Source of the DNA: Acutalibacteraceae bacterium
GTDB taxonomy: Bacteria; Bacillota; Clostridia; Oscillospirales; Acutalibacteraceae
DNA length: 56,761 bases
Assembly (NCBI GenBank): GCA_045577905.1
Contig: JAZNJE010000123.1
Span: 1 to 56,761 of the forward strand
Direction: 5' to 3'
How positions within the stretch are numbered: position 1 is the first letter of the stretch; every line of letters starts with the position of its first letter. Both the position numbers and the translations under genes were made by a program. A model generated the notes under the pieces. It was given only the letters and a program-made list of their open reading frames with translations. It was not told the DNA's origin and made no database searches. Below are positions 34,380 through 41,899 of the stretch, piece after piece.

Positions 34380-34445
34380 ATTCTACAACAAAACAGTAGG
34401 ACATAAACGGACAAAAAAGCCTAAAAAGCGGACACGGGAGGACAT
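34380..34445 (-). promoter_or_regulatory. Promoter of the phage-like locus: four phased TGTCC direct repeats plus the -10 TAGAAT, with no -35
   Basis: Minus strand reads ATGTCCtcccgTGTCC-N16-TGTCCgtttaTGTCC-N13-TAGAAT. Box start-to-start spacings are 10, 21 and 10 nt. Confidence 0.6.
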
Positions 34446-34505
34446 ACTTTCCCAAAAAAGTAAAACTCCGCCGATTTCCTCGACGGAGTTTAAAAAACAT
34501 ATTAA

Positions 34506-34874
34506 CTAATTTCGGTCATGGGGTTTAAAAATCAGCGAGGCAAAATATCCCGAAACAATTGCCGTCGCAATACCTGCCGCCGTTGCCGTAAGTCCTCCTG
34601 TAAAAATTCCGATAAATCCGTATTGACCAACCGCTTTTCTTATCCCTTCGGCAAGGGAATGGCCGAATCCGGTAAGGGGAACTGTGGCGCCCGCTCCCGC
34701 AAATTCTGCTAAGGGACCGTAAACGCCGACGGCAGAAAGTATTACCCCCGACACCACAAATCCGACAAGAATACGTGCAGGAGTAAGTTTGGTAAAATCA
34801 ATCAGAATTTGACCGACAAGACAAAAACTGCCCCCCACAAGAAAAGCCTTTAAACAGTTTATAAAAATATCCAT
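34506..34874 (-). CDS. spoVAE: Stage V sporulation protein AE (SpoVAE/SpoVAEB type)
   Basis: Strong resemblance to SpoVAE (AFLVGG..C..GQ.L.D.TKLTPA, AGAGATVPLTGFG, IFKP). Confidence 0.8.
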   Translation of the reverse strand: MDIFINCLKAFLVGGSFCLVGQILIDFTKLTPARILVGFVVSGVILSAVGVYGPLAEFAGAGATVPLTGFGHSLAEGIRKAVGQYGFIGIFTGGLTATAAGIATAIVSGYFASLIFKPHDRN

Positions 34875-35094
34875 CTGTAATCACCCGAAGATATTTTTCA
34901 CACAATGCGGATTTTTATACACCCGTTTTCGCAATAAGGGAAGAAAAGGGATGGATTTTTAAATCTTTTGACTTGACTTTTTATCTTCAAATTGTATAAT
35001 GGATAAGGACGGCAAGAAGAAAGAGAATGTTAAAAAAGTAAATTTTTAAACCGTTTTTAATTGGCATTTTTCATAGTTGTTAGGGGTGCCCAAT

Positions 35095-35745
35095 ATGGAT
35101 ATAAAAGCGAAAAAGATGGTTTTTTTGGGAGACAGCATAACCGAAGGATCGGGCGTGCAGGATAAAAACAATCTTTATTGGAAACGCTTTGAGAAAGCCT
35201 ACGGTGCAGAGGTCTATGGCTACGGTATAGGCGGAACCCGTATTGCCCGTCAGCACACACCTAGTATAAACGAGAGGTCAGACCTGTATTTCGGACTCCG
35301 TGTTGAAGGCATGGAGGAGGGCGCAGATATAGTTGTCGTTTTCGGAGGAACCAATGACTTCGGTCACGGCGATGCCGCAATGGGAAAAATGTCCGATCGC
35401 ACCGACGACACCTTTTACGGAGCCCTTCACAATCTTTACACCTCTCTTATTAACAAATACCCCACCGCATTGATAGTAGTTATGACACCCTGCCACTGTG
35501 TGGGAGACCATCTCTATTACGAGGGAAACATCAGAAGAGTGGGAATTTTAAAGGACTATGTTAATGCAATTAAAGAGGTTGCGCAATATCACAGCCTCCC
35601 TGTTTTGGACCTTTATTCGGTGCTTGGAATAAACCCTTCAAACGAAAAACTCAGGGAACTCTATATGCCCGACGGACTTCATCCGAACGATGCCGCGCAT
35701 GAAAGAATTTTTGACCGTCTGCGTCACTTTATAGAGACACTTTAA
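35095..35745 (+). CDS. SGNH/GDSL hydrolase
   Basis: Block I GDSITEG, block III GTND, block V DGLHPN. The ATG at 35095 follows AGGGGTG. Confidence 0.8.
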   Translation: MDIKAKKMVFLGDSITEGSGVQDKNNLYWKRFEKAYGAEVYGYGIGGTRIARQHTPSINERSDLYFGLRVEGMEEGADIVVVFGGTNDFGHGDAAMGKMSDRTDDTFYGALHNLYTSLINKYPTALIVVMTPCHCVGDHLYYEGNIRRVGILKDYVNAIKEVAQYHSLPVLDLYSVLGINPSNEKLRELYMPDGLHPNDAAHERIFDRLRHFIETL

Positions 35746-35799
35746 AAATCCAAGATGCGGCAGGGTGTGATTCCCTGCCACATAAACAACTTAATATTT

Positions 35800-35884
35800 G
35801 CAGGGGTGCTGAAATTGGCATACAGGCTGGCCTCAGACACCAGTGGAGTCATCCGTGCGGGTTCAAGTCCCGTCCCCTGCACCA
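35800..35884 (+). tRNA. tRNA-Leu (anticodon CAG), long variable arm, CCA encoded
   Basis: Manual cloverleaf: GCAGGGG acceptor, anticodon loop CTCAGAC, variable arm TGGAGTCATCCGT, T arm GCGGG-TTCAAGT-CCCGT. Confidence 0.85.
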
Positions 35885-35927
35885 AAAAAGAAGTAACTTT
35901 TGTTTAATAAAAGTTACTTCTTTTTTT
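35885..35927 (+). terminator. Intrinsic terminator after tRNA-Leu
   Basis: A 12-bp stem GAAGTAACTTTT/AAAAGTTACTTC followed by T7. Confidence 0.8.
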
Positions 35928-35929
35928 AT

Positions 35930-36110
35930 CCAAGCCGCAGGCTTGGTATATCATCACGCTTTAACGTGTATATCATCGCCGTAGGCGTATATCATCACCG
36001 AAGGTGCATCTTCCTGCGGCTTGATGAGATACAACACTTCGTGTTGGTGATATACAATGCTTCGCATTGATGATATGCAACGGCAAGCCGTTGATTTGTT
36101 TGCCGGAGTA
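35930..36110 (+). repeat. Mini-hairpin array B: TATATCATC three times, then its reverse complement GATGATATA-like three to four times, each word separated by a 10-16 nt hairpin
   Basis: Hairpins are CCAAGCC-GCA-GGCTTGG, CACG-CTTTAA-CGTG, CGCC-GTA-GGCG, CACC-GAA-GGTG, AACAC-TTC-GTGTT, CAATGC-TTC-GCATTG and CAACGG-CAAG-CCGTTG. In addition, 35931..35941 is complementary to 36013..36023. Confidence 0.75.
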
Positions 36111-36135
36111 TGATATAATACACTTGAAAGGAGTG
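36111..36135 (+). promoter_or_regulatory. Extended -10 promoter TGATATAAT and RBS of the four-helix-bundle gene
   Basis: TGATATAAT at 36111..36119 is the same element as at 698..706 on the minus strand. RBS is AAAGGAG. Confidence 0.5.
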
Positions 36136-36140
36136 TATAT

Positions 36141-36488
36141 ATGTCGAAAAACTATTTACTAACATATTCTGAGCAACTTGCAACAGAGATCGAATTGCTT
36201 TGTCAAAATATAAAAGCCTCTTCCAACACTCTTTTCCAAATCCGTAAGAGTTCAAGCAGTGCATATGCAAATATTCGTGAGGCTAATTACGGACAAAGCA
36301 AAGCGGATATGCTTTCAAAATTTGAAATTGCACTCAAGGAATGCAGTGAAACAGAGGGTTGGTTGCAGTTGTTATATAATACAAAGGGCATCAATGAAAC
36401 GACCTACAAAAGCCACAGAAATCTTTGCGGTCGCATCAGGCGACTGTTGATCGCCTCTTGTAAAACATTAAAGGAGAATGTAAAATGA
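36141..36488 (+). CDS. Four-helix-bundle protein (23S rRNA intervening-sequence protein / Avd-like family)
   Basis: 115-aa helical protein with the motifs KFEIALKECSETEGWLQLL and LIASCKT.KEN, both shared with the paralog at 323..676. Confidence 0.8.
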   Translation: MSKNYLLTYSEQLATEIELLCQNIKASSNTLFQIRKSSSSAYANIREANYGQSKADMLSKFEIALKECSETEGWLQLLYNTKGINETTYKSHRNLCGRIRRLLIASCKTLKENVK

Positions 36489-36808
36489 AGAACAGACCGA
36501 TCGTCACAGGTATCATAGCTGTTGCTTCTCCAATACCGCTGGTAATTTTTTCTGTAATATGGAGTTGGGTGTGGTTTTTCGGTATAGGTATGGGATTGCT
36601 AAACTACGACACTGTTCCTCAATGGATACTTATAGTTTCGCTGCTACCCTTGCTTATTAGTCCGATTTTTGGTTTGTTGGGCACAATTCATGGTATAGTA
36701 AAAATCAAAACGAGGAAAGCGTGGTTGGGAATTTTTTTGTCTGTAATAGGATTGTTTGAAAATTTCATCCTGATTTACGGAATGCATTATCTTGGTAGCA
36801 GATTTTAA
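36485..36808 (+). CDS. Small 3-4 TM membrane protein, translationally coupled (ATGA) to the four-helix-bundle gene
   Basis: 107-aa hydrophobic ORF. A decayed homolog lies at 190..326. Confidence 0.6.
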   Translation: MKNRPIVTGIIAVASPIPLVIFSVIWSWVWFFGIGMGLLNYDTVPQWILIVSLLPLLISPIFGLLGTIHGIVKIKTRKAWLGIFLSVIGLFENFILIYGMHYLGSRF

Positions 36809-36874
36809 TTGCGCACCTATTTGCTTTTCTTTGCCTCATTTACGCACCGTTATACCGCTCTTTTGCAAAGCATT

Positions 36875-36924
36875 CAAACCCGAACCTTTTACCAATCGGT
36901 GAAACGTTCGGGTTTGTTGTTTTC
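36875..36924 (+). terminator. Intrinsic terminator after the cassette
   Basis: Stem CAAACCCGAAC/GTTCGGGTTTG followed by a T-rich tract. Confidence 0.65.
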
Positions 36925-37047
36925 TTAAAAGATGTTAAATAAGCCTTTGTTTGTCGCAGTACGGAGTTAGTCGCTCTGTCGCTGATTATTTGTGCAGAAT
37001 GAACGATACAGAGCAATAAATTTGATTTAAGTTTTACATACGAAGCA

Positions 37048-37088
37048 TGACAGATAAGTTGACAGATGTAAACCTTTGTGCTATAATG
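37048..37088 (+). promoter_or_regulatory. nadABC promoter with a direct repeat TGACAGAT (two copies; candidate NiaR operator)
   Basis: TTGACA (37059..37064), 18 nt spacer, TATAAT (37083..37088). TGACAGAT occurs at 37048 and 37060, and ACAGATGT resembles the NiaR half-site ACAGGTGT. Confidence 0.5.
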
Positions 37089-37129
37089 TTAGGCAAGTTT
37101 TGAATGTTCGGAGATGCGGTTATTAAGAT

Positions 37130-38029
37130 ATGAAAAATCAAATCGAACGGTTAAAAAGGGCGAAGAATGCGGTCATTCTCGCTCATTATTACGCCCCTGC
37201 CGAGGTGCAGGAAATTGCAGATTACGTCGGCGATTCATTTTATCTTGCCAAGATAGCAAAGCAAAGTGATGCCGATATAATCGTATTCTGCGGTGTGCAG
37301 TTTATGGGCGAGAGCGCAAAGATTCTCAATCCCGATAAGAAGGTTCTGATGCCCGATCTGACTGCCGACTGTCCTATGGCACATATGGTTGCAGACGGTA
37401 TTATCGAGGAAATGCGCCAAAGATATGACGATCTTGCAGTTGTCTGCTATATCAATTCTACGGCCGAACTGAAATGCAAGAGCGACGTATGCGTTACCTC
37501 TTCCAACGCGGTTAAGATTGTAAGGTCTCTTCCAAACAAGAATATCTTCTTTATCCCCGACCATAACCTTGGAAGTTTTGTAGCAGAGCAGGTGCCGGAG
37601 AAGAATGTTATTCTTAACGACGGATGCTGTCCAATCCACGCCAAGATTACGGCGGCACAGGTTTACGACCAACAAAAAAAGCATCCCGATGCCGAGGTAT
37701 TGACACATCCGGAGTGCGATGCATCGGTGGTCGAGATTTCCGATTACATAGGGAGTACGGCAGATATTATCGCCTATGCAAAAAAGAGCAAGGCAAAGGA
37801 GTTTATCGTCTGTACCGAGGACGGTGTAGATTATAAACTAATTACCGCGAATCCCGAAAAGCGTTTCTATTATCCAAACCCGCATCCTTGCTGTGCGGAT
37901 ATGAAACTCAATACACTCGGGACCGTTTTGTCGGTTCTCGAAAAAGAAGACAAAGAAGTTATAGTTGACAATTGCATTCGACAAAGTGCACTTGCGCCTC
38001 TTGAAAGAATGTTGGAACTTGCGAGATAA
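37130..38029 (+). CDS. nadA: Quinolinate synthase
   Basis: NadA-typical N-terminus (ILAHYY...VQ..AD.VGDS), Cys ligands and operon context. Confidence 0.9.
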   Translation: MKNQIERLKRAKNAVILAHYYAPAEVQEIADYVGDSFYLAKIAKQSDADIIVFCGVQFMGESAKILNPDKKVLMPDLTADCPMAHMVADGIIEEMRQRYDDLAVVCYINSTAELKCKSDVCVTSSNAVKIVRSLPNKNIFFIPDHNLGSFVAEQVPEKNVILNDGCCPIHAKITAAQVYDQQKKHPDAEVLTHPECDASVVEISDYIGSTADIIAYAKKSKAKEFIVCTEDGVDYKLITANPEKRFYYPNPHPCCADMKLNTLGTVLSVLEKEDKEVIVDNCIRQSALAPLERMLELAR

Positions 38030-38031
38030 TT

Positions 38032-39306
38032 ATGATTACGGATGTTTTAATTGTAGGATGCGGCGTGGCAGGGCTTTACTGCGCGTTAAACCTACCGGAA
38101 GATAAAAAGGTAACGGTCGTTACCAAGAAAGAAGCCCCAAAAAGCGATTCTTTTCTTGCCCAGGGCGGAATCTGCGTTCTTCGTGATGAAACCGATTATG
38201 ATGCTTTTTATGAGGACACGATGAAGGCAGGACACTATGAAAACAATCCCGATTCTGTTGACATTATGATCCGTTCCTCTAAGGAGGTAATTTCTGATCT
38301 TGTCTCCTACGGGGTAAGATTTGAAAAAAACGGAGAGGAATTTATCTATACCTGTGAGGGGGCTCATTCCAGACCAAGAATCCTCTTCCACCAGGATGAG
38401 ACCGGTAAGGAGATTACCTCCCGTTTGCTGCTAAGCGCAAGGAGCAGAAAGAACATCACGCTGATCGAAAACTTTACGATGGTAGATCTGATTTGCAGTG
38501 ATAATATCTGTAACGGCATTGTCGGTTATGATGCAAAAGGAAACTATATGGGCATCAGCGCCGATTATACGGTGCTTGCCACGGGCGGAATCGGAGGTCT
38601 TTTTAAGCACTCAACCAACTACCGCCATTTGACAGGCGATGCTTTGGCTCTGGCACTTAAATACGACATCAAACTACAACATATTGATTACATTCAGATC
38701 CATCCCACCACGCTTTACACCAAAAAGAACGGAAGAGAGTTTTTGATATCTGAATCGGTACGCGGGGAAGGAGCCGTTCTGCTTAACTCAAAAGGGGAAC
38801 GTTTTGTAAATGAACTGTTGCCCCGTGACGTTGTAGCCAACGCCATCTTCAATGAGATGAAAAAAGAGGGTAGCGAGCACGTTTGGCTTTCGATGGCGCC
38901 GATTCCCGAAAAGGAAATTCGCACCCACTTTCCACACATTTATGAACACTGTCTTGATGAAGGCTATGACGCAACCAAGGAGCCGATTCCCGTCGTCCCG
39001 TCACAGCATTACTTTATGGGCGGTATTGACGTTGACTGTTACAGTAAGACCTCTATGGACCGTCTGTATGCGGTTGGAGAGACTGCCTGCAACGGTGTCC
39101 ACGGCCGCAACCGTCTGGCAAGCAACTCGCTGCTTGAAAGCCTTGTGTTTGCCAAAAGAGCGGCAAATCATATAATAAGCAATTATTCCGCATTGGCACA
39201 GCTCGAAGAAATAACCGTTGATGCTTCTGAGTATGAGGGCTATGCTGAAAAATACAAGGAAATAGTCTTAGAAGCCATAGAAAAGGAGAGACACAGCCAT
39301 GAATAA
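38032..39306 (+). CDS. nadB: L-aspartate oxidase
   Basis: FAD motif VLIVGCGVAGL, plus AQGGI and the RLASNSLLE motif. Confidence 0.9.
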   Translation: MITDVLIVGCGVAGLYCALNLPEDKKVTVVTKKEAPKSDSFLAQGGICVLRDETDYDAFYEDTMKAGHYENNPDSVDIMIRSSKEVISDLVSYGVRFEKNGEEFIYTCEGAHSRPRILFHQDETGKEITSRLLLSARSRKNITLIENFTMVDLICSDNICNGIVGYDAKGNYMGISADYTVLATGGIGGLFKHSTNYRHLTGDALALALKYDIKLQHIDYIQIHPTTLYTKKNGREFLISESVRGEGAVLLNSKGERFVNELLPRDVVANAIFNEMKKEGSEHVWLSMAPIPEKEIRTHFPHIYEHCLDEGYDATKEPIPVVPSQHYFMGGIDVDCYSKTSMDRLYAVGETACNGVHGRNRLASNSLLESLVFAKRAANHIISNYSALAQLEEITVDASEYEGYAEKYKEIVLEAIEKERHSHE

Positions 39307-40150
39307 CATTTCGATGAAATTGAATGCAGACAAGCTGATTCTTCTTGCCTTGCAGGAGGATATCACAAGCGAAGATATTACCACAAACTCGGTTATGAGA
39401 GAATCTAAACTCGGAGAAGTGGAACTTATTTGCAAGGAAGACGGCGTTATTGCCGGTCTTGACGTATTTAAAAGAGTATTTGAACTTCTTGACGAGAAAA
39501 CCGAAGTCATATTCAATTGTGCCGACGGCGATGAGGTTAAGAAAGGTCAGAAGTTAGGTCTTGTCCGCGGCGATATCCGCGTGCTTCTTTCCGGCGAAAG
39601 AACTGCATTGAACTACCTGCAACGAATGAGCGGAATTGCGACCTATACCCGAAAAATCGCGGATTTGCTCAAAGGCAGCAAGACCAAACTTCTCGATACG
39701 CGCAAGACCACTCCCGGTATGAGAATATTTGAAAAGTATGCCGTTAAGGTAGGCGGAGGATATAATCACCGTTACAACCTCAGCGACGGCATTCTCTTAA
39801 AGGATAACCACATTGGTGCTGCGGGCGGTGTTAAGGAGGCCGTTATGATGGCAAAGGAATACGCGCCCTTTGTTCGCAAGGTTGAGGTTGAGGTTGAGAG
39901 CCTGGATATGCTGAGGGAAGCGTTGGAAGCCGGTGCCGATATTATTATGCTTGACAACATGAGTGTCGAGGATATGAAGGAAGCGGTAAGACTTACCGCG
40001 GGAAGAGCCGAGACCGAGTGCAGCGGAAATGTAACCAAAGAGAACATAGCAAGACTTGTGGATATCGGGGTTGATTATATTTCCAGCGGTGCGCTTACAC
40101 ATTCTTCTCCCATTTTAGATCTTTCTCTTAAAAATCTGCACGCTATCTAA
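39299..40150 (+). CDS. nadC: Nicotinate-nucleotide pyrophosphorylase (carboxylating)
   Basis: QPRTase motifs (GER.ALN.LQ..SGIAT, DTRKT.PG, LKDNH, IMLDN). Confidence 0.9.
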   Translation: MNNISMKLNADKLILLALQEDITSEDITTNSVMRESKLGEVELICKEDGVIAGLDVFKRVFELLDEKTEVIFNCADGDEVKKGQKLGLVRGDIRVLLSGERTALNYLQRMSGIATYTRKIADLLKGSKTKLLDTRKTTPGMRIFEKYAVKVGGGYNHRYNLSDGILLKDNHIGAAGGVKEAVMMAKEYAPFVRKVEVEVESLDMLREALEAGADIIMLDNMSVEDMKEAVRLTAGRAETECSGNVTKENIARLVDIGVDYISSGALTHSSPILDLSLKNLHAI

Positions 40151-40167
40151 TTTGAAGGGGTGAATAT

Positions 40168-40680
40168 ATGAAGGCGCGTGAGAGAAGAACCGCAATAGCA
40201 AATTTCCTTTTATCCGAGGACAGGGCTGTATCCGGCGGCGAACTTTCCGAGAAGTTCGGTGTTTCAAGACAAATCATTGTCCAGGATATTGCCGTCTTAA
40301 AGGGGTCCGGCTACGATATTCTTTCAACCCATAACGGCTATATTATTCAAAAATCCCCGCTAAAAGAGCGTGTGTTCAAACTATATCATACAACGGAGCA
40401 AACCGAGGACGAACTATCTTTGATTGTTAATCTTGGCGGTACGGTTGTGGATGTTTTTGTGTGGCATAAGGTGTACGGCAAGATGGTAGCCCCGCTGAAT
40501 ATCTTTTCAACCCTTCATATAAAGCAGTTTATCGAAGGTGTCAGAACGGGCAAGTCCTCAGAACTTATGAATATTACGGGGGGATATCACTATCATACCG
40601 TTCGTGCCGAATCGGACGAAAGACTCGACAAAATCGCCAAAGAACTTGACGAGAGAGGTTATATTGCTCAGGGCGAATGA
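40168..40680 (+). CDS. niaR: Transcriptional repressor NiaR (HTH_11 plus 3H domain)
   Basis: R...I...L......SG.ELS..FGVSRQ.IVQDI, a C-terminal 3H-type domain with His residues, and a position downstream of nadC. Confidence 0.85.
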   Translation: MKARERRTAIANFLLSEDRAVSGGELSEKFGVSRQIIVQDIAVLKGSGYDILSTHNGYIIQKSPLKERVFKLYHTTEQTEDELSLIVNLGGTVVDVFVWHKVYGKMVAPLNIFSTLHIKQFIEGVRTGKSSELMNITGGYHYHTVRAESDERLDKIAKELDERGYIAQGE

Positions 40681-40694
40681 AACGGAGATAACCG

Positions 40695-41288
40695 ATGGAT
40701 AAAGATAGATTTGAAAAGCAACTGGCTTTTATCTTGGAGGCCGATAAAGAAAAGAACATTCTTCGCCAAACACATCTGAGTAATCATGGACGAAGAGAAA
40801 ATGATGCCGAACACGCTTGGCATATGGCGATGATGATATATCTTCTAAAAGAATACTCCAACCAAGAATTCGACCTTGCCAAGGCAATGATGATGGCTCT
40901 TATACACGATATTGTTGAGATAGATGCAGGAGACACCTACGCTTATGATGCTGTTGGACTGCAATCGCAAAGAGAACGTGAGGAACTTGCGGCAAAGCGT
41001 ATATTTGGTTTACTTCCCGACGATCAGCGAAATGAACTTCAAGCGCTGTTTTATGAGTTTGAAGACGGCCAATCTGCAGAGGCGAGATTTGCAAAGGCGA
41101 TGGATAATTTTCAACCCGTTTTGCTGAACGACTCCAACGGCGGTGCGGATTGGCGTACACATAAAGTAACAAAGTCTAAAATAGTTGGAAGACAGCAGAC
41201 ATCAAGATATGGTTCGGAGGACATATGGAAATATACCGAAGAACTTATCGATGCCAATGTTAAAAAGGAAAATATCATAGACGAATAA
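40695..41288 (+). CDS. HD-domain phosphohydrolase (YfbR/YpgQ-like)
   Basis: ENDAEHAWHMA and LIHDIVEIDAGD metal-binding motifs. Confidence 0.75.
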   Translation: MDKDRFEKQLAFILEADKEKNILRQTHLSNHGRRENDAEHAWHMAMMIYLLKEYSNQEFDLAKAMMMALIHDIVEIDAGDTYAYDAVGLQSQREREELAAKRIFGLLPDDQRNELQALFYEFEDGQSAEARFAKAMDNFQPVLLNDSNGGADWRTHKVTKSKIVGRQQTSRYGSEDIWKYTEELIDANVKKENIIDE

Positions 41289-41441
41289 TGTTTTATATAG
41301 TTTATCACGAAAATGAAGAGGTGCCTTGGCGGCACCTCTTTTCTCATATTCGCAACACAGGGGAAGGTTCTGTGTGTTAGGTTTGTTTCGGACGCTTTTC
41401 AACACGACCTTTGCTGATTTTGAACAAGAAAAGCAAAGTGG

Positions 41442-41747
41442 CTATTTTTCTTGCTCTTGTGCATTTTTGTCAAGGCGGCGGTTACGAACATATAAAAGCA
41501 GATCGCAGCCAACCATAATGAGGTTGAGTACATAGAAGAAAAGAACATACCAACTTTCTCCGATTTTTTCCATATATCCTTGGTTTAAGAGTTTGCCTGA
41601 GATACCGGCAATATATCCAAAGAAGATAAGCAACAAAAAAGCCAAACTTTTGCCCTTTGCCGTTCTTGCTTTATATGATTTAATAACATTGAGCGGCCAA
41701 GATGCACCAAATGACACAATCATAACAACCTCTAAAATTTCATACAT
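41442..41747 (-). CDS. Small 3-TM membrane protein (PQ-loop/SemiSWEET-like?)
   Basis: 101 aa with three hydrophobic helices and the motif SWPLNVIKSYK. RBS is AAGGGAG. Confidence 0.4.
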   Translation of the reverse strand: MYEILEVVMIVSFGASWPLNVIKSYKARTAKGKSLAFLLLIFFGYIAGISGKLLNQGYMEKIGESWYVLFFYVLNLIMVGCDLLLYVRNRRLDKNAQEQEK

Positions 41748-41899
41748 AAGAGCACTCCCTTTCTGTAATAGTGTATCAAAGAATGTAGTAAATGTAAATA
41801 GAAAAAAGGCTATTTATTGATTAACATACGGCTTGTGCTTGCACTTTTGGTACAAGTATAATATAATAAATATATATATCTATAAAAGGGGAGGAAAAT

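Larger units (their letters stand above)
23873..34445 (-). mobile_element. Compact phage-like head/short-tail/lysis locus (defective prophage or GTA-like element), 13 genes plus a promoter
   Basis: Contiguous co-directional TerS-like, TerL, scaffold, capsid, portal, tail/fibre and lysis genes. No integrase, replication or lysogeny genes and no flanking repeats were seen. Confidence 0.7.

Noticed and set aside
23873-34445. An intact, inducible temperate prophage
   Set aside because: No integrase, excisionase, repressor, replication, anti-termination or long-tail genes lie in the locus or beside it. No att-like direct repeats lie at its borders. Both flanks are ordinary chromosomal genes with their own terminators.
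34875-35076. A forespore sigma-G/sigma-F promoter for spoVAE
   Set aside because: GTATA...AAAAATA is present at roughly the right spacing, but the -10 does not match CATnnTA well enough to assert it.
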